Shown in pieces: positions 9,435-20,351 of a DNA stretch of 64,000 bases; positions within the stretch are counted from its first letter, which is position 1, and the number at the start of each line of letters is the position of its first letter. Where the stretch lies: contig CAVPVX010000002.1 of assembly GCA_963709345.1 (NCBI GenBank), positions 160,001 through 224,000 on the forward strand, given 5' to 3'. The translations under genes and the position numbers were made by a program. The notes beneath the pieces were generated by a model that was given only the letters and a program-made list of their open reading frames with translations, did not search any database and was not told the DNA's origin. The DNA comes from an uncultured Actinomycetes bacterium (lineage in GTDB: Bacteria; Actinomycetota; Thermoleophilia; UBA2241).

Positions 9435-12400
9435 TCAGAGACCCTGGACACCGCCCAGGAAGTCGTAGCTCATCTTCCGGCGCAGATCGCTGACGGTCGA
9501 GAAGAGACGCTTCATCTGCGCCTCCTCCTCAGGAGTCCAGTCCTGCGGCAGAAGCAGGTTGCTCGGCGCGCGGCCCTCCTGCAGCGCGACGGCTTGCCGG
9601 CGCAGGCGCACGCGCATGACCGACTCATAGTCCGGCACCAGTTCTTCGAACGACTCGCGCGACAGCACCCCTCGCTCATGCAACTCGGTGAGACGATCCA
9701 GCGTGTTCGTCGGGTCGATGTGATGCTTCAGGGCATACAGTCGCGCGAAGTTCACCACCGGGAGCAAAGCCTCCTTCGTGCTCACTGCCTTCGGGGTATC
9801 GCCGGACGAACCCGTCTGGATACCTCCCAGAAGCCCGACCGGCGGCTTGTACAGCAATGCGTTCTGGGCGAAGTGGATGAAGAACAGCGGGTAGGCCTGC
9901 ATCTCGTCGAAGACCCAGGTGCGCAGATTGCGCGCGAGAGCCGGCTCGCCGCCGACGCAGCGGAAGTCGAACAGCATGTTCAGCTCCAGAAGCGCCTGTG
10001 GATCGGCATTGTGGATCCAGTCGGTGAACTGATCGCGCCACGTGGACATGGGCAGGTTCCAGCGGGGGTTCTTGGCCATGACGCCGCCTTCGCAGAAGAC
10101 GTAGCCCACCCGGTCGAGCCAATCACACACCAGGGTCCCGAGAGCAAGGAAGTACTCCTCGGCCGCCTTCGCCGCCTCGGGCGACGGGTCCTCGTACAGG
10201 ATGGCGTTGTCCTGGTCGGTCACGAGCGTCTGTTCCTCGCGACCCTCACTGCCGAGAGCAAGGAAGGCGAAGGGGACGGGCGCAGGGCCGAGTTGGTCCA
10301 TCGCCATGGCGAGCAGCCTCTGGACGGTCGCGTCGGAGACGCTGGAGACGATGCGGTTGACATAGCGGACCTGAGCGCCCGAGTCGACGACCGCCCGAAC
10401 GGAACCGGGCAGCCGCTCGTGGGCTTCCACGATGTCGTCGACCGAGCCGGCCCGGCGGATGGAGTTCGTGACGACCACCACCGACGACTGCTCGTACCCG
10501 ACCAGATCGAGCAGCTGGACGATGCCCATGAGCTCGCCGTCCTCGTCCGTGACCGCGAGGTGGTCGACCTGCCCCTCCTGCATGCGCAGGAGAGCCTCGT
10601 AGACAGGCGCCTGAGCGGAAACGGACGCCACCGGCGCGGTCATGATCGAGCGGACCGGAGCCGCAGGATCAAGGCCCGCGGCCACGACCCGATCGCGGAA
10701 GTCGTGATCCGTCACGATCCCCATGAGCGCGCCGTCGGAGTCGGTCACGAAGACCGCGCCCACTCGCTTCTTGGTCATGAGCGCGGCCGCACGCGAGACC
10801 GGCTGGCTCCTGTCCAGCGTCAGGGCCGGAGCAACGGCATCCTTGATCGGCTCCTGCAGGTAGAAGAGCGACGTCCGCAGTTGCGCGATCACGGCCTCTC
10901 GCTCCTTCTCGCCGCGTCGCCGTGCCGTGACGTCTTCCAGGATGCCGTCACAGAAGGGCGTGCTGCCGCCCGGATCCTCCACGAGCACGGCGAAGAGTGA
11001 AACGTCCGCCCGCCCCCCGTCTTCGCGACCGCAGACCCAGATGGTAGCCTTCGACCACCTTGTCCTCGTTCAGCCGGGCGACGAGCTCGCTGCGCTCGTC
11101 GGCATCGATGATGCGCTCCAGCCAGTCGGCGCCGAGCAGGTCGACGGGGGGCGCCGACCGAAGGATGCGCCGCATCGCCGGATTCGCCTCGACCAGCGTG
11201 GCCTTGCGACCCCAGGTGCTGCGGAACACGCCCAGGCTGATGGTGTCGGACATGACCCTGAAGCGGCGACGGGTCTCGTCGAGCGCCGCCTCCATCGCCT
11301 TCTGACCGCTGAGGCTGCGGGCGATGAGGATGAAGCCGTCCTCGCCCGCAAGCGAGATGGGAGTCGCCGCCAGGAGGACGTCGACCGGGTTGCCGTCCTT
11401 GCCCCGTAGGCGAGCCTCGAACGGCGGTGGTGGCGAGCTCTTCTTCGCCCAGGCTCTCGAGGACGGCCAGCACCTGGCGGTCGTCGTCGCCCTCGCGGAT
11501 GAAGAGGCTCGACGATCTCGCACTCGGCAAGATCCTCGTGCGTGTAGCCCAGCATGTCGAGCAGCGGCTGGTTCGAGTAGGCGCAGCGCCCCTCGAGCGC
11601 CATCAGGATGCCCTCGGTGGCCGCCTCTACCAGCGTGAGGTACTTCTCGTGGGATTCTCTGAGCTCCCGTTCGGCCAGGGCCCGCGCGCTTCGTCGATCT
11701 TGAGGCTCTGCCGGGTACCGAAGAGGAGCAGAAGCGCGATGACGACCACGACGATCGTGGACGTCTGGATGAGCCTGCGCTCGACCATCGCGATGCCCTC
11801 CTTGACGTCCTCGACGTAGATGCCGGTGCCGACCACCCACTCCCAGGGACGAAAAGCCTCCACGTAGGAGAGCTTGGGGACGATCCGGGCGGGATCGTCC
11901 TTCCACTGCCAGTAGTAGTCGACGAAGCCGCCCTCCTGAGCCCGCACCGCATCGACGAACGCGACGAAGATGCTCTTGCCGCGCAGGTCCTCGTAGTCGG
12001 ACAGGTCCTGGCCGTTCAGCTCCGGCAGGTACGGGTGCATGATCATCGTGGGATGCATGTCCGTGATCCAGAAGTAGTCCTTCCCGTCGTCCCCGTACCT
12101 GAGGATTCTCGATCCGGGCGGCGGCCTCTTCTCTGGGCCTCTTCCCGGGTCATGCTGCCCGGCCAGCTTCCTCGGCGTGGTACTCGTCGAGGATGCTGAC
12201 CGCGACTCGCGTCAGCTCTTGGGCGGTCTTCTTCTTGCCCTCGAGCAGTTGGTCCTCGACGAAGGGATGAGGATCACGAAAGTGACGATGACGAAAAGGA
12301 CGACGGCGAGAACCGCCGGCAGGACGATCCGGAGGAGAAAGCCGGTCCAGCCGCGCGGATCGGATCCGGGCAGCGTGGTCAGTCTCCTGCGAGCCTTCGT

Positions 12401-13200
12401 GAAGCAAGCCGCCTCCCGAAGACGGGAGTTCGGCAGGGGCAGGCCCTGGTCCTCCGTCAGTCCGATCGCCGCCAGGAACCGGTCCCATTGCTCCAGCGGC
12501 ATGTCGACGCCGGGACTTGTTCCGTCAGAATGATGCAGACCGTGGAAATCACTCCCGCCGACCGTCAGCAGGCCGCGGCGTTCGGGCGACCGCCAGCAGA
12601 TCCTGCTGCGTGCTGCGGAAGTACAACTTGTAGAAGGCCTCGATGCCGTCCAATCCTTGTGGCTGCAGCCAGTCCAGGTACTCCTCGAGCCGCTCGATCG
12701 TCGTCAGCCCCGCGAGCGGATGGGCGAGGAGGACTCGTCCTCCGGCCTCGTGGATGAGGCAGATGGCCTCCGCGTGTCCGGCTGCTGCGGCGGGAGCGGT
12801 CACTCGGAGTCGACCGAGGCGCGAGGCCGAAGGCGCCCCGTCAGCGACGTGCCCGCCCGAGCGAGAAGACGCGCCTGCGACCGGCAGACGGGCGCCCCAG
12901 GGTCGCGCAGGACGTCTGCAGGCGCCAGCAAGGCCTCGTTCTCGGGGTCGAACCCGTAGCCCAGCAGGTGAAGCGGATCCCCTCGGCGACCGGGCGTGGA
13001 TCTCTACGCCCGGGACGACAGCGCATCCCTCGCTCTCTCGACCGCCGACCGGAAATCGCTCCAGTCCGCGCACAGGAGTTGTGGTCGGTCAGCGCCGCCC
13101 AGGCGACCCCGGCGCCGGCCAATGGTGGGCCACGTGCTCGGGCGAGATGGTCGCCGTCGCTCACCGAAGAGTGGCAGTGCAGGTCAACTCGAATGATGTC
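9435..13200 (-). CDS. PHP-TM-sCache-TM-PAS-PAS-CBS-DUF294 nucleotidyltransferase fusion (multiple frameshifts; 5' end approximate)
   Basis: PHP motifs DLHCHS..SDG, LTDHN, PGVEI, LAHP, GGSDFHG; Cache YFWITD..MIMHP..YYWQW..KLSYV; PAS segments; CBS pair; [17 protein letters not shown] NTase motif; DUF294_C-like tail. Confidence 0.78.
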
Positions 13201-13431
13201 GCGGCAGTCTCTCGTGGACGTCCTTCAACGGGACACCTCGTTCCTGGCAGACGCGTGCACGCAAGGCCCCCAGACATACTACATGAGATGCCAGGCCACG
13301 GTGGACGGGTGGACAACTCGCCGCCGAGCGACACGTATCCTGTCCGGCCGGTCCGGGACTCCCGGCACAGCGGCCGGCGGCCGGTCACCACGCACGGTCG
13401 CACTGAGCACAGAAAGAGAGGAGTCGCAGGA

Positions 13432-14500
13432 CATGGCCAACGGGGTAGCTTCGACCGAGACGGTCACCAAATTACTCGACACCAACGCTAATCCTGCTCC
13501 GTTGGGGCTGATGGGATTCGGCCTCACCACCATCTTGCTCAACATCCACAACGCGGGCTTCTACGACCTCAACGCCATGATCCTGGCGATGGGCATCTTC
13601 TACGGCGGTGTGGCCCAGATCATCGCCGGCATCATGGAGTGGCGGAAGAACAATACGTTCGGGACCTCGGCCTTCACTTCGTACGGGCTCTTCTGGCTGA
13701 CGCTGGCGGGCATCTGGCTGCTGCCGTCGATCTTTCCCGACACGCCGCTGCGCCGCCGGCTCCGAGCGAGACCGCTCATGGCCTGGTTCTTCGTGTTCTG
13801 GGGCCTTTTCACCGGCTACATGTTCGTCGGTACCCTCAAGCTGAATCGCGCCCTGCAGGTAGTCTTCGTCCTCCTCGACCATCCTCTTCTTCCTTCTCGC
13901 CATCCGCGATTTCGGAGGGGCGGCGATCTGGGGCACGATCGCCGGCTAGGAAGGCATCATCACCGGGCTTGCCGCCGTCTACGCGGCCTGCGCCCAGATC
14001 CTCAACGAGGTCTACAAGCGGGTGCTTCTGCCGCTCGGCCCGATCAGCCATCTATCGAAGGCGTTTCGTGCAGGATTACGGGGAAGAGATCGCCACCCTG
14101 TGGATCGCCGATCTGCGCCGCAATCCGCAGACGCCCTCGTACGGAGTGGTATCCGACGCGGAACTGATCGACGCAGGTGAGTTCGCCCTCACCCAGGTGG
14201 ACGAGTACTTCACCGGCAAGCGCAGCGGAGGCCGACATCGGCGAGTTCTTCCACGAGCTGGGAGCGACGAGGGCCGCAGACGGGCCTACCCCTTCCGGAA
14301 CTGATCAGCGCCATCCTGCTTCTGAAGCGCGAAGATCTGGATCTCGGCGCGCAGTCACGGGGTGTGGGAATCGGCCATGGACCTGCAGAAGGCGGTGGAT
14401 CTCAACCGCGAGCTGGGCCGGTTCTTCGACCGGGCGGTCTACTACGCCACCGCTCGGCTACACCGGCATGCCCGATCAGCCGACCAAGGACGTCTTCTAG
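13432..14500 (+). CDS. satP: SatP/GPR1-FUN34-YaaH acetate uptake channel with probable C-terminal cytoplasmic domain (frameshifts, one in-frame TAG)
   Basis: [33 protein letters not shown]; ends [12 protein letters not shown] and continues without a stop into a helical domain. Confidence 0.8.
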
Positions 14501-14658
14501 ACGGTCCGTCGCGTCGAGACGGCGCTAGGGCCGAGCAAGACGAGCAGCCGCCGGATGCGGGTCTCGCATGACCGGCGGGCGTCTTCGTATTTCGGCACGG
14601 GTGAGTTCCGAGGACCGGGAGAGCGGCGCTGGGCCGCTCTCCCCGGACGCAGTGCGGT

Positions 14659-16681
14659 CTACTCCGCGCCAGCGGCCTCCGCGACCGCCTTGGGCTGCGT
14701 GCTCGGCTTCGCCGGGGCGTCTCCGGCGTGCTCGTCCAGCATGTCGGGCTTGGTGAGCTTCGACACGAGGTAGATCGCGAGGAAGCTGAGCGGGATCGAG
14801 ATGATGCCCGGGTTCTTGAGGGGGATCGGCGCGTCGGCGGGAGCGAGCCCGTAGAGCTCCCACGCGGTCGGCGAGAACACGATGATGCCCGACCGAGGCC
14901 ACGATACCGACGATGATCGACGCCACCATGCCCTTGGACGTGGTCCGCTTCCAGAACAGCATCATGATGATGCACGGCAGGTTCGCCGACGCGGCCACCG
15001 CGAAGGCCAGACCGACCAGGAACGAGACGTTGACGCCCTTGAAGACGATGCCGAGGAGGATGGCGATGGCGCCCACGGCGAAGGCCGCGATCTTGCCGGC
15101 CATGACCTTCTGCCTCTCGTTCTTGACCAGCCCGCCGAAGCGGTCCAGAGGTCGTGGGCGACGGCGCCGGAGGCGGCGATGATGAGGCCGCTGACGGTAC
15201 CGAGGACCGTCGCGAACGCGATGGCCGAGATCATGGCGAACAAGAAGGTGCCGAACGATCGGGCCAGAAGCGGGGCCGACATGTTGTTGTCCAGCAGGTT
15301 GACCGTCGCCGCTGGTCATCGCGCCGAGCCCCATGAACAGCGTCAGGATGTAGAAGAAGCCGATGGCGGCGATGGCGACGACCGTCGACTTGCGCGCCGC
15401 CCTCTGACTGGGCACGGTGTAGTAGCGGATCAGGATGTGCGGCAGCGCGGCCGTCCCCAGGAAGAGCGCGAGCATCAGGGAGATGAAGTCGATCCGCTGC
15501 GGTGAAGGAGCCCTCGAGCTTGAAGGACTGCCCAGGCCGGCTTGACCGATGCTCTCCCGAGCGTCGCGACCGAGTAGAAGACGGACACCTGGTCCGCTCC
15601 GTCCTGGAAGGACGCCGTCTTCCACAGGTTGACGACCGTGTCTCGGGTCACCGATAAGGGCGAGGAAGCTGAAGGGATTCGACGGGCACCGGTCCGTCGG
15701 CTCACGGTCTCGCCGGCGATCGCGCTCATGTTGCCGACCAGCCGCAAGCTGGTTGTCCTCGGACTCGGGGAGCGCCGTTGATCCAGTTTGGTGCCGTCTT
15801 CCTGGATCGACCATGCTGCTGCGTCTCGTGGAGCGCCACTCCCGAATCCGTGCGTCGTCGGCCTTCCACCAACGTCGCGACGCCGTCGTTCTCCAGCTTC
15901 GACGAACGTCAGGTGGTCTCGGCCTTGCCCGTCACCTCCTGCGTGCTCCAGCGCCTGGTAGGCCGGAGTCATCCGGGACGATGGTGCCGCTCGGTCTCCG
16001 TCGCGGTGATCGTCTTGTAGTCGATAGAAGGGGACCCTGCCTCCCTGATCGGGCTCGGTCGAGAGACCGCGGTACGCACAGCGCCACCACGATGACGAGC
16101 GACGAAGATGATCAGCAGCGCCGCCCTTGATGAACTGCACGTAGGTCGTGGAGGTCATGCCCGGCCGTGGCCACGATGGTGATGACGATGGCGCCGACCG
16201 AGCACGACGCCGACCCAGTGCGGGAAGCCGAGCAGCGGCGTGATGAGCACGCCGGCGCCGACCATCTGGGGGATCAGGTAGAAGATGGAGACGACCAGCG
16301 TGGCGATGGCGGCGAAGAGCTTGAGGCTGCGCTTGTTGAACTTGGCGTCGAGCGCGTCGGTGAACGTGTACCGGCCGAGGCGCCTCAGCGGCTCCGCCAC
16401 GACGAACAGGGCGACCACCCAGCCGGCCAGATAGCCGATGGAGTAGAGGAAGCCGTCGTAGCCGGAGACCGCGATCAGGCCGCAGATGCCCAGGAAGGAG
16501 GCGGCGGACAGGTAGTCGCCGGCGAAGGCGATGCCGTTGACGCCCCAGTGGATGCTGTCCTCCGGCGGCGTAGTAGCCTGGACGCGGAACGCGCCCGGCG
16601 GGCGGTGTAGAAGGAGACGCCGAGGACGAGGCCGACGATGACGAAGAAGATGACGACGGCCAGGGAATTGACCTCATCCAT
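14659..16681 (-). CDS. actP: Cation/acetate symporter, SSS family (frameshifted, with large extracellular insertion)
   Basis: Across frames: YYAAGG, NGIAFAGDYLSAASFLG, AEPLRRLG.YTF.D, YLIPQMVGAG, GTAALPHILIRYYTVP, AFATVLGTV.GL, FAVAASAN.P. Confidence 0.85.
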
Positions 16682-16683
16682 CG

Positions 16684-16965
16684 TCAGACCTTCTCTTCAC
16701 GCTCGAACGACTTCTCGTGCTTGGTGCAGGCCAGTTGTAGACGATCGCCAGGAGAAGGGCGAGACGATCAGGCGAAGCCGTAGACGATCGCGAGTTGAGA
16801 CCTGCGACCACGATCGTGCCCATGGCCCTGGGCCAGGCGACGTTGACGATGATGAAGATGAGGTAGACGGACGCCGTAGACGGCGAGCATCCACAGCCCA
16901 AGGCGCTTCTTGTAGGCCGCCGCCTCGTCTACGCCGTGGACTGCTGGTGCGGGCTCATGGAGCAT
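16684..16965 (-). CDS. DUF485 small membrane partner of ActP (frameshifted)
   Basis: MLHEPA...KKRLGLWM..VY..FI.VN...GLNLAIVYGF..I..ALLLAIVYNW; directly upstream of actP. Confidence 0.75.
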
Positions 16966-17229
16966 GCCTCTCCCCCATTTCACGTCGAGGTTGATCAATC
17001 CCTACTTCCGTGCGTGGTCGAGGGAGACCGTTGCCCCCAGCAGAAGAGTGACTCCCCTCGACCCACGCAGGGATGCGAGGAACCGTACCATGAAGGCGGC
17101 TTGAGGACGAGGGCTACGCTGCTGGATAAGGCGGATTGTGCCCCGGCGCGATCTCACCGCAGCGGCTTGAGACATGAGTCGAGAAGCCGCGTGTCCCGGT
17201 GCTGACCCTCGAGAAGGCGGCTGCACGTC

Positions 17230-18070
17230 CGGCGTCAGCGCCCCCGCACCGCGGCACACGCGCTTGGTCGCGCTCGCGAGCCGCAGGTTCTGTGGGATCA
17301 GGAGCGTCGCCTCGTAGCCCACCGTGTGCAGCCCCGTCGCCGGCGCCGCCGGCGCGCCCGGCGCCACGGCGTACGACAGCAACGAGGCCAGCCAGAGGAC
17401 GGGCACGTTGTGATACGTGGGTCGCGGCTTCCAGGGGCCTGCCGCCTGCGTCGTGAAGGCGCCCCGCAGGCCGTACCAGTCGGCCCCGACAAGCGGGGTC
17501 GCCGCGTGCCGGTTCAGCCCGCAGAGATCCCAGTGCGAGTACGTGACGGGCTGACTGCCGGCAGCTCCCCGGATTCGTCCTCCCAGCGCATCGGATACAC
17601 GTACTGCTCGAACGCCGCCGACAGAGAGCCCGTCGCCGGAGCCACCGTGCGCGTGCCGGGATCCGCGGGGTACGCCAGGCGCGGACCTTGGCCGGCGTCC
17701 GCCGGGCCACGCGCGTGAACGACTCGTCACCGGTCGTATCGAGGCTGCCCGGACCGGCGCGCGGCGTGTAACCCGAGAGCCGGAACCGTGAGGTCGCGTT
17801 CGCCGCCTGCACGACCACTTGGTACGTGTCGCCGCGCACCCCCTCGTCGACCAGCTCGTCGTTCAGCACCTCGGGCACCGCGTAGTCGATGGCCTCGCGG
17901 CCCGGCCAGAGCGAGGGAAATCCCTGCCTGTGCGTTCCCGGGCAGGTCCGCCACTCGCTCGCTCCCTTGGCGACGGGGCCGAGCAGGTCGATGAAGCAGT
18001 CGTTGTCCGGCGGCGTGCAGGTGAGCTCGACGTGGGCGCCGCCGTGTGCGTCACGGTCTGGGGAAGCCGG
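17230..18070 (-). pseudogene. Degraded hypothetical protein fragment(s)
   Basis: Protein-like stretches in alternating frames (FIDLLGP...YQVVVQAANATSRFRLSGY; YSHWDL...GYEATLLIPQNL); no clear start or family. Confidence 0.35.
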
Positions 18071-18164
18071 TACACGAAGACCTGGTTTTGACTCCTCCTG
18101 CCGGCCCGCAGATTCACTATACTGTCGGCGCACCGACGAGTCTCCTGAAGAGGTCCGCACGCCG

Positions 18165-19787
18165 ATGTTCGCCCGTCCTCGTCCTATAGCAGACCCGGCC
18201 CGCCGGCATCGCGTCGCGCTCGCCGTCGCGCTCATCCTTCTGGTGTCGACGGGGCTGCGCCTGTGGCAACTCGGCACGCCTTCCGACTACATGTTCGACG
18301 AGGTGTACTACGCCAAAGACGCCAAGGCCATCGTCGACGGCCGCGTGGGCCCGCAGCCGCCGCTGCGCTGGGAGGCCGGGGACGAGGTCTCGTGGCCCCA
18401 CCCCGAGATGGGCAAGTTCGCGATCGCCGCCGGCGTCAGGCTGTTCGGCGATCGCGCGTTTGGCTGGAGACTGCCGGCGGTGGTCGCCGGCATAGCGCTC
18501 CTCGCCTGCGTGTACCCGCTCGCGCGTCGACTCGGTCTGACGCCCCCTTGGGCGCTCATCGCGCTCCTTCTCGCGGCGGCGGACCCGCTCGGCATCGCGC
18601 AGTCGCGCATCGCCACGCTCGACATCTTCATCGCCGCCTGGACGGGCCTCTGCGTCCTCTTCGCCCTGCGCTACGCCCAGGAGGGGTGGCGGACCCCCTG
18701 GCTCTTCGCCTGCGGGGCCGCCGGCGGCATGGCACTCGCGACCAAGTGGTCGGGAGCCCTCGCTCTGGTCGCGGCGACGCTTATCATCCTCGCCGCATGG
18801 ATCGCGGAGCGACGTGAGACGCGGACAGCCGGCGGAGCCGCCTTGGCGACGCTTCCCGGCAACGGACTCGCCGGCGACGACTCCGTCTCGTCCGGCGACG
18901 TCCCGGCCGCCCACGACGATCCGGGTGAACGCCGCGGCGCCGGGCCGGCCCCGATGGCCGCGGGGCGCCGCCTGGTCATGCTGGTGGCCGCCCTCGTCGC
19001 GCTCCCGACGGCCCTCTACCTCCTGAGCTACGTGCAGTACTTCGCGAGCGGCCACACCACGGCCGACTGGTGGGAACTGCATCGCCAGATGGTGCAGTTC
19101 AACCTCAACCTCGACGCCGAGCACTCGTACGCGTCGCTCGCTCCCACCTGGATCGTCGACTACAGGCCGGTGTGGTACTACTTCGACGGGCAGGAGGTAT
19201 ACCGGGGCGTCGTCGCGATCGGCAATCCGTTCCTCTGGTGGCTGGGGGCGCTCTCGCTCGTCGCCGCGCCGATCCTCGCGATCGCGCGGCGGTCCACGGC
19301 GCTCCTCCCCGCCGCGGCCCTCGTGGTCATCCTCTACTTCCCGTGGTTCGCGACCACGCGCACCTCCTTCCTCTACTACATGACGCCGGTGGCGCCGTTC
19401 CTCGCGATCCTGGTGGCCGCGGCGCTCTGCCTCTTCGCCGGCGGCGTCGTGCCGCGCCGCGGCTGGCTCGCGCTCGCCGGCGCGGCGCTCGCCACCGCGC
19501 TCCTGTGGCAGCCCGTGGGGCAGCTCGCCGGCTGGCTGTTCTGGACGCTGCCACGCCGGGCGGGCGACGCCATGGGCTGGATCGGCGTGACCGTGGGGAT
19601 CCTCATCGCGCTCGTCGTCCTCGTCGCCCTCACCTCACGTCGGCTGAAGCCCCACCGGCCGTGGATCGCCCTGGCCGTCGCCGGCGTCGTCGTCGGCATC
19701 GTGGTCGCGTTCATTCCAGTCGTACTCGCCCTGCCGATCACGCCGGAGTACTTCTCGCGCATCACCTGGTTCCCAAGCTGGATCTGA
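18165..19787 (+). CDS. PMT-family (GT39) protein O-mannosyltransferase
   Basis: FDEVYYAKDA, HPEMGK, FGWRL, SRIATLD, ATKWSG, HSYAS..W....RPVWYY, GNPFLWW motifs; multi-TM. Confidence 0.9.
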   Translation: MFARPRPIADPARRHRVALAVALILLVSTGLRLWQLGTPSDYMFDEVYYAKDAKAIVDGRVGPQPPLRWEAGDEVSWPHPEMGKFAIAAGVRLFGDRAFGWRLPAVVAGIALLACVYPLARRLGLTPPWALIALLLAAADPLGIAQSRIATLDIFIAAWTGLCVLFALRYAQEGWRTPWLFACGAAGGMALATKWSGALALVAATLIILAAWIAERRETRTAGGAALATLPGNGLAGDDSVSSGDVPAAHDDPGERRGAGPAPMAAGRRLVMLVAALVALPTALYLLSYVQYFASGHTTADWWELHRQMVQFNLNLDAEHSYASLAPTWIVDYRPVWYYFDGQEVYRGVVAIGNPFLWWLGALSLVAAPILAIARRSTALLPAAALVVILYFPWFATTRTSFLYYMTPVAPFLAILVAAALCLFAGGVVPRRGWLALAGAALATALLWQPVGQLAGWLFWTLPRRAGDAMGWIGVTVGILIALVVLVALTSRRLKPHRPWIALAVAGVVVGIVVAFIPVVLALPITPEYFSRITWFPSWI

Positions 19788-20001
19788 CCGGCCGGTGCTC
19801 GTCAAGGGCGCTCTCGCGAACCAGCGAGATCGGACGTACTATCACGCCGCAGCGACGTGGCTGTGCCAAGCTTTGGCTTCGCCTCACATCGATGCGTCGC
19901 CTGGCGGATGTCCGCAGCGCATGGCCGCAGTCGTCACGGCAGTGACGTCTCAGTAGTCGGGGGGGATGTATGGCCCCGTATCCGAACCATCTATCCCCCG
20001 C

Positions 20002-20272
20002 GGTCAGCGTCCCAGGAAGAGGTGTACGAACGACTCTGCAGTGGTCGCCTTGAAGAAGAGGCGACCACTGCTCCATCCTCGAGGGTGGCGAAACCCAAGA
20101 GATCGAGGAGGAGACAGTGGCCAAGGACAACTTGGACCTTCTGGCGTGGTTGCGCAAGCAGCTCGCCGAGGCAGAGCCCGACCTGCTGCGTGAGATGGTG
20201 AAGAGCTTCGCCGAGGCGCTGATGGGCGCCGAGGCCGATGCGCTCTGCGGAGCGCCGTTCCGGGAGCGCGCA
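20002..20272 (+). mobile_element. IS256-family remnant (left end plus 5' transposase fragment)
   Basis: GGTCAGCGTCCCAGGAAGAGGTGTACG end-like sequence; ORF from 20117 MAKDNLDLLAWLRKQLAEAEPDLLREMVKSFAEALMGAEADALCGAP is an IS256 transposase N-terminus, truncated. Confidence 0.8.
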
Positions 20273-20351
20273 AGCGCCCCCTCGTCTCAAGCCATGAACC
20301 GCTGCCCTGCCTACGAGTGGGCGGCTCAGATGGCGCAGACGGTCAGCTCGA

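Noticed and set aside
13947-13949. Pyrrolysine/amber read-through in satP
   Set aside because: Lies in an error-dense region at a position normally Trp/Tyr; TAG terminates several normal genes in the window.
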